Notes: generated by a model from the letters alone, not told the origin. DNA of 64,000 nucleotides from Eledone cirrhosa (GCA_964016885.1 OZ024741.1:263438001-263502000); one strand, 5' to 3'. Shown: positions 25,009 to 40,448, numbered from the stretch's first letter. Translations and numbers: made by a program.

Positions 25009-25374
25009 TAAACTTTTCAAGGATTTACACCAGTCCAGCCTCCTGTTATTTTATTTATAATAATTAACTCCGTATTAGCACCACCAACTACACAAACGAA
25101 GACGGGTGAACTGCACTACGTTGAGTACTCTCCATAATATTACATCAAGATTGACCATACGGAATGACCAATTCTATTCAGTGGTGAACCAACAAACCTA
25201 AATAAATAAATATATATATATATCTGTGTGTGTGTGTTTGTGTAGTATCAATTAGAGTTGATTTGGTCAACTAAACTTGACTCCCTTTGAAATCTGTGCC
25301 CCAGAATGGCCCTAGAGTCTAGGGCCTAGACTAATGACAGAAGCCAGTAAAGGAATAACAACACCAATAATATC

Positions 25375-25915
25375 AATTTCTTATTTACACACAGTTTTTA
25401 GGTGAAGGGCAGCGTTGATTGATTAAATCAATCCAATTACTTTACTGATACTTTATTTATCGACCCCCAGAATGATGAAAGATCAAGTTGACCATGATAG
25501 GATTTGGACTCAGAGCTTAAAGAGTCAGAACAAACACCACAATGTCACACTCGGACACTCTATCAATTTTACTAATCCACAAGCCTCACTACAGATGTTA
25601 AGAGCCATCACAAATACCACAATGTGATTTTATCGGACACTCTACCAATTCTACCAATCCACTAGCTTCCCTTCAGATGTAAAGAGCCAGAACAAACACC
25701 ACAAAGTCACTTTATCGGACGCTCTACCAATTTTACTAATCCACCAGCCTCACTACAGATGTAAAGAACCAGACCAAACGTCACAACATCACAATGTGAT
25801 TTTATCGGACGCTTTACCAATCTTACTAATCCACCAGCCTCACTACAGATGTAAAAAAACCCAGACCAAATGCCACAACACCACAATGTCACTTTATCGG
25901 ACGCTCTACCAATCT
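25375..25915 (-). repeat. Nin-like SINE with its head region tandemly amplified (~5 units of 80-90 bp)
   Basis: Repeated TCGGACGCTCTACCAATT..ACTAATCCACCAGCCTCACTACAGATGTAAAG adjoins a minus-strand SINE core at 25440-25510. Confidence 0.75.
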
Positions 25916-26544
25916 AAACTATAATAAAGTAAGGAGTGCGGGATTACTTCCAGAATATATTTTTTTTTATCCCGTTTGTAAAATAAGTTGGATTACTTTG
26001 AATAAATAATGAATGAATATTACATAATTTATCTACTAAATTTCGGTATTCTTGATTAAATATAAATAATATTGTTGCTTATTTTAAGATTCACTTTAAA
26101 ATTTTCAAATGTCAACACTTCCGGTTAACGATCGCTTAAATAAACATTCATATATTTCCGTCACTAATTTTCTCCTAATGCAGTTTATATATAATATCGT
26201 CTTTTTTTAATGTATCATGGATTACGTTACTGATTACATAAGATAGTGTAACGCAGTCTTCGTTCAATTTCTGTGTATATTGTCAATTACGATTTTATTT
26301 GATGTATCATATCTACATGTATATATACTTGCATATAATATCAATATGCACACTACACATGCTAGCAGAAAACCATCCGAAGGTTGGTTTTTCTGCTAGT
26401 CCTACTAAACCACCGACTTCACTACATCAATGTTGAAACAGAGCCTCCTCAAATATTGTTGCCAAGAGAAAGTGACAGTCAAGTATGTCTGACCAACTGG
26501 TTGTCAAACTGGTTGAGGCAGACCAACACATTTGAGAGTTGGAA

Positions 26545-26770
26545 AGTTGTTGTTGTCGTCGTCGTTGTTGTTGTTACTACAGTAGTAGTAGTTCTTGCAT
26601 TGCTGTTCTTGTTACTACAGTTGTAGTCGTTGTTCGTGCTGTTGTTGTAGTTGTTGTTGCTCTTGCAGTTGTTGCTGTTGATGTCGTTGCTCTTGTTGTT
26701 ACTACAGTTGTTGTTGTTGTCACTGCAGCTGTTGTTGTTGTTGCTTGTGTTGTTGCTGCTGCTGCTGCAA
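26545..26770. repeat. (GTT/GCT)n microsatellite
   Basis: Triplet low-complexity run. Confidence 0.9.
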
Positions 26771-26804
26771 GATGTTCGCCTATCGTATGGTCTCGCTCCT
26801 AAGA

Positions 26805-29800
26805 AGCTATACAGAGTATATATAGTTATACAGCTACCACCTATACAGGGTATATATAGTTATACAGGCTATATATAGTTATACAGCTACCACCTATACA
26901 GGGTATATATAGTTATACAGGGTATATATAGTTATACAGCTACCAGCTATACAGGGTATATATAGTTATACAGCTACCACCTATACAAGGTATATATAGT
27001 TATACAGCTACCAGTTATACAGGGTATATATAGTTATACAGCTTCCAGTTATACAGAGTATATATAGTTATACAGCTACCAGCTATACAAGGTATATATA
27101 GTCATACAGCTACCAGCTATACATGGTATATATAGTTATACAGCTACCAGTTATACAGAGTATATATAGTTATACAGCTACCAGTTATACAGGATATATA
27201 TAGTTATACAGCTACCAGTTATACAGGATATATATAGTTGTACAGCTACCAGCTATACAGGGTATATATAGTTATACAGCTACCACCTAAACAAGGTATA
27301 TATAGTTATACAGCTACCACCTATACAGGGTATATATAGTTATACAGCTACCAGTTATACAGGGAATATATAGTTATACCGCTACCAGTTATACAGGGTA
27401 TATATAGTTATACAGCTATTAGCTATACAGGGTATATATAGCTGCACCACTACCACCTATACAGGGTATATATAGTTATACAGCTACCACCTATACAAGG
27501 TATATATAGTTATACAGCTACCAGTTATACAGGGTATATATAGTTATACAGCTACCAGTTATACAATGTATATATAGTTATACAGCTACCACCTATACAG
27601 GGTATATATATTTATACAGCTACTAGCTATACAGGGTATATATAGTTATACAGCTACCAGTTATACAGGGTATGTATAGTTATACAGGGTATATATAGTT
27701 ATACAGCTACCAGTTATACAGGGTATATATAGTTATACAGCTACCAGTTATACAGGGTATGTATAGTTATACAGCTTCCAGTTATACAGGGTATATATAG
27801 TTATACAGCTACCAGCTATACAAGGTATATATAGTTATACAGCTACCAGCTATACAGGGTATATATAGTTATACAGCTACCAGTTATACAGGGTATATAT
27901 AGTTATACAGCTACCAGTTATCTATATATATAAAACTGTGGTTGTCTGTCTGTCTATCGATTTTTGGCACACATCTCCTCTTAGAATCTCTGACGGAATT
28001 GCACCGAAATTGCTATACTTGTACATTGAGCCCTAGCGAAGACATCGGAAAAAAAATATTTCAAATTGACCCACCCTATGTGACGAAATCGAATATAATG
28101 TATCGATTTTTGAGCGTAAGTTATCAGTTATTTCCCTTTGTTCTGTTTACATTGAGCGTCTTACGTAAAAAATTACGCTGGCTTTCTCAGCGTTTAAAAT
28201 GACATTAACACAATACACGAACAGTTGTCGAGCCAGCAAAATATTGACCTGCAAAATTCATCAGTTCGAACACTAAGTTCCGTTTTGCTTCATTTCCATT
28301 TAAAAGCATTTTAAAACAATATTTTTACTTGAAAACAAGTCTATTTAAAGACTACGTAAAACAAGCAAATATTTCGTAAAAAAAAGCAAAAATTATATAA
28401 GTTTATTTAAAATATATGTATCTGTAAATTTCGTTAGGCGTGCAGACAGACAGTCGTGCAGACAGACAGTCGTGCAGAGAGGTGATATACGCGTGCAGAC
28501 AGATAGTCGTGCAGAGAGGTGATATAGGCGTGCAGACAGACAGTCGTGCAGAGAGGTGATATAGGCGTGCAGACAGACATAACTGATAATTTGGTTACGC
28601 TAATGTTTTTCTCTGCGTTGCAGTGTTTACATTTTCGATCTTTGTTAATAAATAACCAGTGCAGTTTCTATCCCCAGCATCCTCTTTTGTTATAACATTC
28701 GGGTTATCGTTGTTTTCTTAACTTCATGAGGCATATTGTTGGTTGAGGGAATATTAATCAAAAACACCACATGCAAGTCTGCACAGTAGACACTACAGTT
28801 TTTAAGCCAAAAAAGAAACTTAACATTGTAACTTTAATACAGCTACTGAGCGACCCCGAGCAACGCCGGGCTTTACTGCTAGTACAGGATATATATAGTT
28901 GTACAGCTACCAGCTATACAGGGTATATATAGTTATACAGCTACCAGCTATACAGGGTATATATAGTTATACAGCTACCAGTTATACAGGGTATATATAG
29001 TTATACAGGGTATATATAGTTATACAGCGACCAGCTATACAAGGTATATATAGTTATACAGCTACTAGCTATACAGGGTATATATAGATATACAGCTACC
29101 AGTCATATAGGGTATATATAGTTATACAGCTACCAGCTATACAAGGTATATATAGTTATACAGCTACCAGTCATATAGGGTATATATAGTTATACAGCTA
29201 CCAGTCATATAGGGTATATATAGTTATACAGCTACCAGCTATACAGGGTATATATAGTTATACATCTGCCAGATATACAAGGTATATATAGTTATACATC
29301 TGCCAGCTATACAAGGTATATATAGTTATACAGCTACCAGCTATACAACGTATATATATAGTTATACAGCTACCAGTTATACAGGGTATATATAGTTATA
29401 CTGCTACCAGCTATACAGGGTATATATAGTTATACATCTACCAGCTATACAAGGTATATATAGTTATACAGCTACCAGCTATACAAGGTATATATATAGT
29501 TATACAGCTACCAGTTATACAGGGTATATATAGTTATACAGCTACCACCTATACAAGGTATATATAGTTATACAGCTACCAGTTATACAGGGTATATATG
29601 GTTATACAGCTACCAGTCATATAGGTTATATATAGTTATACAACTACCAGTTATACAGGGTATATATAGTTATACAGCTACCACCTATACAAGGTATATA
29701 TAGTTATACAGCTACCACCTATACAAGGTATATATAGTTATACAGCTACCAGTTATACAAGGTATATATAGTTATACAGCTACCAGTTATACAGGGTATA

Positions 29801-32800
29801 TATATTTATACAGCTACTAGCTATACAGGGTATATATAGTTATACAGCTACCAGTTATACAGGGTATATATAGTTATACCGCTACCAGTTATACAAGGTA
29901 TATATAGTTATACAGCTACCAGCTATACAGGGTATATATAGTTATACAGCTACTAGCTATACAATGTATATATAGTTATACAGCTACCAGTTATACAGAG
30001 TATATATAGTTATGCAGCTACCACCTATAGAGGGTATATATAGTTATACAGGGTATATATAGTTATACAGCTACCAGTTATACAATGTATATAAAGTTAT
30101 ACAGCTACCAGTTATACAGTGTATATATAGTTATACAGCTACCACCTATACAGGGTATATATAGTTATACAGCTACCAGCTATACAAGGTATATATATAG
30201 TTATACAGCTACCAGCTATACAGGGTATACATAGTTGTACAGCTACCAGTTATACAGGGTATATATAGTTATACAGCTACCAGCTATACAAGGTATATAT
30301 AGTTATACAGCTACCAGTTATACAGGGTATATATAGTTATACCGCTACCATTTATACAGGGTATATACAGTTATACAGCTACCAGTTATACAGTGTATAT
30401 ATAGTTATACAGCTACCAGTTATACAGGGTATATATAGTTATACCGCTACCAGTTATACAGGGTATATACAGTTATACAGCTACCAGTTATATAGGGTAT
30501 ATATAGTTATACAGCTATTAGCTATACAGGGAATATATAGCTGCACCACTACCACCTATACAGGGTATATATAGTTATACAGCTACCACCTATACAAGGT
30601 ATATATAGTTATACAGCTACCAGTTATACAGGGTATATATAGTTATACAGCTACCAGGTATACAATGTATATATAGTTATACAGCTACCACCTATACAGG
30701 GTATATATAGTTATACAGCTACCAGTTATACAGGGTATGTATAGTTATATAGGGTATATATAGTTATACAGGCTATATATAGTTATACAGCTACCAGTTA
30801 TACAGGGTATATATAGTTATACAGCTACCAGTTATACAGGGTATGTATAGTTATACAGCTTCCAGTTATACAGGGCATATATAGTTATACAGCTACCAGC
30901 TATACAAGGTATATATAGTTATACAGCTACCAGCTATACAGGGTATATATAGTTATACAGCTACCAGTTATACAGGGTATGTATAGTTATACAGGGTATA
31001 TATAGTTATACAGCTACCAGTTATACAATGTATATAAAGTTATACAGCTACCAGTTATACAGTGTATATATAGTTATACAGCTACCACCTATACAGGGTA
31101 TATATAGTTATACAGCTACCAGCTATACAAGGTATATATATAGTTATACAGCTACCAGCTATACAGGGTATACATAGTTGTACAGCTACCAGTTATACAG
31201 GGTATATATAGTTATACAGCTACCAGCTATACAAGGTATTTATAGTTATACAGCTACCAGTTATACAGGGTATATATAGTTATACCGCTACCATTTATAC
31301 AGGGTATATACAGTTATACAGCTACCAGTTATACAGTGTATATATAGTTATACAGCTACCAGTTATGCAGGGTATATATAGTTATACCGCTACCAGTTAT
31401 ACAGGGTATATACAGTTATACAGCTACCAGTTATATAGGGTATATATAGTTATACAGCTATTAGCTATACAGGGAATATATAGCTGCACCACTACCACCT
31501 ATACAGGGTATATATAGTTATACAGCTACCACCTATACAAGGTATATATAGTTATACAGCTACCAGTTATACAGGGTATATATAGTTATACAGCTACCAG
31601 GTATACAATGTATATATAGTTATACAGCTACCACCTATACAGGGTATATATAGTTATACAGCTACCAGTTATACAGGGTATGTATAGTTATATAGGGTAT
31701 ATATAGTTATACAGGCTATATATAGTTATACAGCTACCAGTTATACAGGGTATATATATTTATACAGCTACCAGTTATACAGGGTATGTATAGTTATACA
31801 GCTTCCAGTTATACAGGGTATATATAGTTATACAGCTACCAGCTATACAAGGTATATATAGTTATACAGCTACCAGCTATACAGGGTATATATAGTTATA
31901 CAGCTACCAGTTATACAGGGTATGTATAGTTATACAGGGTATATATAGTTATACAGGCTATATATAGTTATACAGCTACCAGTCATATAGTGTATATATA
32001 GTTATACAGCTACCAGTTATACAGGGTATATATAGTTATACAACTACCAGTTATACAGGGTATGTATAGTTATACAGCTTCCAGTTATACAGGGTATATA
32101 TAGTTATACAGCTACCAGCTATACAAGATATATATAGTTATACAGCTACCAGCTATACAGGGTATATATAGTTATACAGCTACCAGTTATACAGGGTATA
32201 TATAGTTATACAGCTACCAGTTATACAGGATATATATAGTTGTACAGTTACCAGCTATACAGGGTATATATAGTTATACAGCTACCAGCTATAAAGGGTA
32301 TATATAGTTATACAGCTACCAGTTATACAGGGTATATATAGTTATACAGGGTATATATAGTTATACAGGGTATATATAGTTATACAGCGACCAGCTATAC
32401 AAGGTATATATAGTTATACAGCTACTAGCTATACAGGGTATATATAGATATACAGCTACCAGTCATATAGTGTATATATAGTTATACAGCTACCAGCTAT
32501 ACAAGGTATATATAGTTATACAGCTACCAGTCATATAGGGTATATATAGTTATACAGCTACCAGTCATATAGGGTATATATAGTTATACAGCTACCAGCT
32601 ATACAGGGTATATATAGTTATACATCTACCAGCTATACAAGGTATATATAGTTATACAGCTACCAGCTATACAAGGTATATATAGTTATACAGCTACCAG
32701 CTATACAAGGTATATATATAGTTATACAGCTACCAGTTATACAGGGTATATATAGTTATACAGCTACCACCTATACAAGGTATATATAGTTATACAGCTA

Positions 32801-35800
32801 CCCATTATACAGGGTATCTATGGTTATACAGCTACCAGTCATATAGGGTATATATAGTTATACAGCTACCAGTTATACAGGGTATATATAGTTATACAGC
32901 TACCACCTATACAAGGTATATATAGTTATACAGCTACCACCTATACAAGGTATTTATAGTTATACAGCTACCAGTTATACAAGGTATATATAGTTATACA
33001 GCTACCAGTTATACAAGGTATATATAGTTATACAGCTACCAGCTATACAAGGTATATATAGTTATACAGCTACTAGCTATACAATGTATATATAGTTATA
33101 CAGCTACCAGTTATACAGGGTATATATTGTTATACAGCTACCAGCTATACAAGGTATATATAGTTATACAGCTACCAGCTATACAGCTTATATATAGTTA
33201 TACAGCTACCAGTTATAAAGTGTATATATAGTTATACAGCTACCAGTTATACAGTGTATATATAGTTATACAGCTACCAGTTATACAGGGTATATATAGT
33301 TATACAGCTACCAGCTATACAGGGTATACATAGTTGTACAGCTACCAGTTATACAGGGTATATATAGTTATACAGCTACCAGCTATACAAGGTATATATA
33401 GTTATACAGCTACCACCTATACAGGGTATATATAGTTATACAGCTACCAGTTATACAGGGTATATATAGCTATACCGCTACCAGTTATACAGGGTATATA
33501 CAGTTATACCGCTACCAGTTATATAGGGTATATATAGTTATACAGCTACCAGCTATACAGGGTATATATAGTTGTACAGCTACCAGTTATACAGAGTATA
33601 TATAGTTATACAGCTACCACCTATACAGGGTATATATAGTTATACAGGGTATATATAGTTATACAGCTACCAGTTATACAGAGTATATATAGTTATACAG
33701 CTACCACCTATACAGGGTATATATAGTTATACAGGGTTTATATAGTTATACAGCTACCAGCTATACAGGGTTTATATAGTTATACAGCTACCAGCTATAC
33801 AAGGTATATATATAGTTATACAGCTACCAGCTATACAGGGTATACATAGTTGTACAGCTACCAGTTATACAGGGTATATATAGTTATACAGCTACCAGCT
33901 ATACAAGGTATATATAGTTATACAGCTACCACCTATACAAGGTATATATAGTTATACAGCTACCAGTTATACAGGGTATATATAGTTATACAGCTACCAG
34001 TTATACAATGTATATATAGTTATACAGCTACCACCTATACAGGGTATATATAGTTATACAGCTACCAGTTATACAGGGTATGTATAGTTATACAGGGTAT
34101 ATATAGTTATACAGGCTATATATAGTTATACAGCTACCAGTTATACAGGGTATATATAGTTATACAGCTACCAGTTATACAGGGTATGTATAGTTATGCA
34201 GCTTCCAGTTATACAGGGTATATATAGTTATACAGCTACCAGCTATACAAGGTATATATAGTTATACAGCTACCAGCTATACAGGGTATATATAGTTATA
34301 CAGCTACCAGTTATACAGGGTATATATAGTTATACAGCTACCAGTTATACAGGATATATATAGTTGTACAGCTACCAGCTATACAGGGTATATATAGTTA
34401 TACAGCTACCAGCTATACAAGGTATATATAGTTATACAGCTACCAGTTATACAGGGTATATATAGTTATACAGGGTATATATAGTTATACAGGGTATATA
34501 TAGTTATACAGCGACCAGCTATACAAGGTATATATAGTTATACAGCTACTAGCTATACAGGGTATATATAGATATACAGCTACCAGTCATATAGTGTATA
34601 TATAATTATACAGCTACCAGCTATACAAGGTATATATAGTTATACAGCTACCAGTCATATTGGGTATATATAGTTATACAGCTACCAGTCATATAGGGTA
34701 TATATAGTTATACAGCTACCAGCTATACAGGGTATATATAGTTATACATCTGCCAGCTATACAAGGTATATATAGTTATACAGCTTCCAGCTATACAAGG
34801 TATATATATAGTTATACAGCTACCAATTATACAGGGTATATATAGTTATACTGCTACCAGCTATACAGGGTATATATAGTTATACATCTACCAGCTATAC
34901 AAGGTATATATAGTTATACAGCTACCAGCTATACAAGGTATATATATAGTTATACAGCTACCAGTTATACAGGGTATATATAGTTATACAGCTACCACCT
35001 ATACAAGGTATATATAGTTATACAGCTACCAGTTATACAGGGTATATATTGTTATACAGCTACCAGCTATACAAGGTATATATAGTTATACAGCTACCAG
35101 CTATACAGGGTATATATAGTTATACAGCTACCAGTTATACAGTGTATATATAGTTATACAGCTACCAGTTATACAGTGTATATATAGTTATACAGCTACC
35201 AGTTATACAGGGTATATATAGTTATACAGCTACCAGCTATACAGGGTATACATAGTTGTACAGCTACCAGTTATACAGGGTATATATAGTTATACAGCTA
35301 CCAGCTATACAAGGTATATATAGTTATACAGCTACCACCTATACAGGGTATATATAGTTATACAGCTACCAGTTATACAGGGTATATATAGTTATACCGC
35401 TACCAGTTATACAGGGTATATACAGTTATACCGCTACCAGTTATATAGGGTATATATAGTTATACAGCTATTAGCTATACAGGGTATATATAGCTGCACC
35501 ACTACCAGCTATACAGGGTATATATAGTTATACAGCTACCACCTATACATGGTATATATAGTTATACAGCTACCAGTTATACAGGGTATATATAGTTATA
35601 CAGCTACCAGTTATACAATGTATATATAGTTATACAGCTACCACCTATACAGGGTATATATAGTTATACAGCTACCAGTTATACAGGGTATGTATAGTTA
35701 TACAGGGTATATATAGTTATACAGGCTATATATAGTTATACAGCTACCAGCTATACAAGGTATATATAGTTATACAGCTACCAGCTATACAGGGTATATA

Positions 35801-38800
35801 TAGTTATACAGCTACCAGCTATACAAGGTATATATAGTTATACAGCTACCAGCTATACAGGGTATATATAGTTATACAGCTACCAGTTATACAGGGTATA
35901 TATAGTTATACAGCTACCAGTTATACAGGATATATATAGTTGTACAGCTACCAGCTATACAGGCTACATATAGTTATACAGCTACCAGCTATACAAGGTA
36001 TATATAGTTATACAGCTACCAGCTATACAGGGTATATATAGTTATACAGCTACCAGCTATACAAGGTATATATAGTTATACAGCTACCAGCTATACAGGG
36101 TATATATAGTTATACAGCTACCAGTTATACAGGGTATATATAGTTATACAGCTACCAGTTATACAGGATATATATAGTTGTACAGCTACCAGCTATACAG
36201 GGTATATATAGTTATACAGCTACCAGCTATACAGGGTATATATAGTTATACAGCTACCAGTTATACAGGGTATATATAGTTATACAGGGTATATATAGTT
36301 ATACAGGGTATATATAGTTATACAGCGACCAGCTATACAAGGTATATATAGTTATACAGGTACTAGCTATACAGGGTATATATAGTTATACAGCTACCAG
36401 TTATACAGGGTATATATAGTTATACAGCTACCAGTTATACAGGATATATATAGTTGTACAGCTACCAGCTATACAGGGTATATATAGTTATACAGCTACC
36501 AGCTATACAGGGTATATATAGTTATACAGCTACCAGTTATACAGGGTATATATAGTTATACAGGGTATATATAGTTATACAGGGTATATATAGTTATACA
36601 GCGACCAGCTATACAGGGTATATATAGATATACAGCTACCAGTCATATAGTGTATATATAGTTATACAGCTACCAGCTATACAAGGTATATATAGTTATA
36701 CAGCTACCAGTCATATAGGGTATATATAGTTATACAGCTACCAGTCATATAGGGTATATATAGTTATACAGCTACCAGCTATACAGGGTATATATAGTTA
36801 TACATCTGCCAGCTATACAAGGTATATATAGTTATACAGCTTCCAGCTATACAAGGTATATATAGTTATACAGCTACCACCTATACAGGGTATATATAGT
36901 TATACAGCTACCAGTTATACAGGGTATGTATAGTTATACAGCTACCAGTTATACAGTGTATATATAGTTATACAGCTACCAGTTATACAGGGTATATATA
37001 GTTATACAGCTACCAGCTATACAGGGTATACATAGTTGTACAGCTACCAGTTATACAGGGTATATATAGTTATACAGCTACCAGCTATACAGGGTATATA
37101 TAGTTATACAGCTACCAGTTATACAGGGTATATATAGTTATACAGCTACCAGTTATACAATGTATATATAGTTATACAGCTACCACCTATACAGGGTATA
37201 TATAGTTATACAGCTACCAGTTATACAGGGTATGTATAGTTATACAGGGTATATATAGTTATACAGGCTATATATAGTTATACAGCTACCAGTTATACAG
37301 GGTATATATAGTTATACAGCTACCAGTTATACAGGGTATGTATAGTTATACAGCTTCCAGTTATACGGGGTATATATAGTTATACAGCTACCAGCTATAC
37401 AAGGTATATATAGTTATACAGCTACCAGCTATACAGGGTATATATAGTTATACAGCTACCAGTTATACAGGGTATATATAGTTATACAGCTACCAGTTAT
37501 ACAGGATATATATAGTTGTTCAGCTACCAGCTATACAGGGTATATATAGTTATACAGCTACCAGCTATACAGGGTATATATAGTTATACAGCTACCAGTT
37601 ATACAGGGTATATATAGTTATACAGGGTATATATAGTTATACAGGGTATATATAGTTATACAGCGACCAGCTATACAAGGTATATATAGTTATACAGCTA
37701 CTAGCTATACAGGGTATATATAGATATACAGCTACCAGTCATATAGTGTATATATAGTTATACAGCTACCAGCTATACAAGGTATATATAGTTATACAGC
37801 TACCAGTCATATAGGGTATATATAGTTATACAGCTACCAGTCATATAGGGTATATATAGTTATACAGCTACCAGCTATACAGGGTATATATAGTTATACT
37901 GCTACCAGCTATACAGGGTATACATAGTTGTACAGCTACCAGTTATACAGGGTATATATAGTTATACAGCTACCAGTTATACAGGGTATATATAGTTATA
38001 CTGCTACCAGCTATACAGGGTATATATAGTTATACGTCTACCAGCTATACAAGGTATATATAGTTATACAGCTACCAGCTATACAAGGTATATATATAGT
38101 TATACAGCTACCAGTTATACAGGGTATATATAGTTATACAGCTACCACCTATACAAGGTATATATAGTTAAACAGCTACCAGTTATACAGGGTATCTATG
38201 GTTATACAGCTACCAGTTATATAGGGTATATATAGTTATACAGCTACCAGTTATACAGGGTATATATAGTTATACAGCTACCACCTATACAAGGTATATA
38301 TAGTTATACAGCTACCACCTATACAAGGTACATATAGTTATACAGCTACCAGTTATACAAGGTATATATAGTTATACAGCTACCAGTTATACAAGGTATA
38401 TATAGTTATACAGCTACCAGCTATACAGGGTATATATAGTTATACAGCTACTAGCTATACAATGTATATATAGTTATACAGCTACCAGTTATACAGGGTA
38501 TATATTGTTATACAGCTACCAGCTATACAAGGTATATATAGTTATACAGCTACCAGCTATACAGGGTATATATAGTTATACAGCTACCAGTTATACAGTG
38601 TATATATAGTTATACAGCTACCAGTTATACAGGGTATATATAGTTATACAGCTACCAGCTATACAGGGTATATATAGTTGTACAGCTACCAGTTATACAT
38701 GGTATATATAGTTATACAGCTACCAGTTATACAGAGTATATATAGTTATACCGCTACCACCTATACAGCGTATATATAGTTATACAGGGTATGTATAGTT

Positions 38801-39555
38801 ATACAGCTACCAGTTATACAATGTATATAAAGTTATACAGCTACCAGTTATACAGTGTATATATAGTTATACAGCTACCACCTATACAGGGTATATATAG
38901 TTATACAGCTACCAGCTATACAAGGTATATATATAGTTATACAGCTACCAGCTATACAGGGTATACATAGTTGTACAGCTACCAGTTATACAGGGTATAT
39001 ATAGTTATACAGCTACCAGCTATACAAGGTATATATAGTTATACAGCTACCACCTATACAGGGTATATATAGTTATACAGCTACCAGTTATACAGTGTAT
39101 ATATAGTTATACAGCTACCAGCTATACAGGGTATATATAGTTGTACAGCTACCAGTTATACAGAGTATATATAGTTATACAGCTACCAGCTATACAAGGT
39201 ATATATAGTTATACAGCTACCAGTTATACAGAGTATATATAGTTATACAGCTACCAGTTATACAGGGTATATATAGTTATACAGCTACCAGCTATACCAG
39301 GTATATATAGTTATACAGCTACCAGTCATACAAGGTATATATAGTTATACAGCTACCAGTTATACAAGGTATATATAGTTATACAGCTACCAGTTATACA
39401 AGGTATATATAGTTATACAGCTACTAGCTATACAGGGTATATATAGTTATACAGCTACCAGCTATACAAGGTATATATAGTTATACAGCTACTAGCTATA
39501 CAGGGTATATATAGCTGCACCACTACCAACTATACAGGGTATATATAGCTATATG
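26805..39555. repeat. 34-bp minisatellite array (~12 kb)
   Basis: Unit GGGTATATATAGTTATACAGCTACCAGTTATACA, with 19-bp truncated units and point variants. Confidence 0.95.
27921..28882 (+). mobile_element. Non-autonomous Helitron (962 bp) inserted in the minisatellite
   Basis: 5' TCTATATATATAAAA; 3' CCCGAGCAACGCCGGG hairpin plus CTAG; inserted in CCAGTTA^TACAGG with no TSD; internal tandem repeat at 28437-28580. Confidence 0.9.
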
Positions 39556-39573
39556 TATATATAAGTTAAACAG

Positions 39574-39698
39574 AAATAACAACACAATCGGTACAGTATA
39601 TGGAAGAAATATATTAGGTTAACGCTTGATATAGCAGGAAGAGGATCTTAACGTTTCGGACGCTAGTCCTTCATCAGAAGAAAGAAGGAGAAACTAGA
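39574..39698 (-). mobile_element. Solo PLE pLTR fragment with hammerhead motif, same family as 16170-16300
   Basis: AAATAACAACACAATCGGTACA..TTTCGGACGCTAGTCCTTCATCAGAAGAAAGAA is shared with 16170-16290. Minus strand TCTT-CTGATGA-aGGACTAGCGTCC-GAAACGTT-AAGA. Confidence 0.85.
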
Positions 39699-39749
39699 AG
39701 CTATAGTTCTACCTGCTATATAAGGCATATATAGCTATACCACTCCCTG

Positions 39750-40448
39750 TCATACATTGCTACCATAGAGGGTATATATACCTACATTGCTACCATACAG
39801 GGTGTATATAGCTACATTGTTACCACACAGGGTATATATAGTACATTGTTACCATACAGGGTATATATAGTACATTGCTACATTGTTACATGGTATATAT
39901 ACTACATTCCATACATGGTATATATACTACATTACTACCATTGCTACATTGTTGCCATACAGGTTGTATATATCTACATTGTTACCATACAGAGTATATA
40001 TACTGCATTGCTGCCATACAGGGTATATATAATACATTGTTACCATACAGGGTATATATACTACATTACTACAATACAGAGTATATATAATACATTGCTA
40101 CCATAGTGGGTGTATATAACTACATTGTTACCATACAGGGTATATGTAGCTACACTGTTACCATACAGGGTATATATAGCTACATTGCTACCATACAGGG
40201 TATATATAATACATTGCTACCATACAGGATATATATAATACATTGCTACCATTCAGGGTATATATAATACATTGCTACCATTCAGGGTATATAAAACTAT
40301 ATTGCTACCATAGTGGGTGTATATGGTACATTGCTACCATACATGGTATATATACTACATTGTTACCATACAGGGTATATATAGCTACATTGCTACCATA
40401 TATATAGTTACATTGCTACCATAGTGAGTGTATATATAACTACATTGT
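39750..40448. repeat. ~29-30-bp minisatellite
   Basis: Unit TACATTGCTACCATACAGGGTATATATAGC, degenerate. Confidence 0.9.

Larger units (their letters stand above)
21167..25059. mobile_element. Fold-back element with ~0.9-kb inverted arms and a ~145-bp spacer; right arm split by an LTR insertion
   Basis: 21167-22072 is the reverse complement of 22218-22281 plus 24218-25059. The mirrored ORFs 21225+ and 25001- confirm this. Confidence 0.9.

Noticed and set aside
26805-39555. CRISPR-like ~34-bp repeats
   Set aside because: Head-to-tail units without spacers, no cas genes, and a eukaryotic context.
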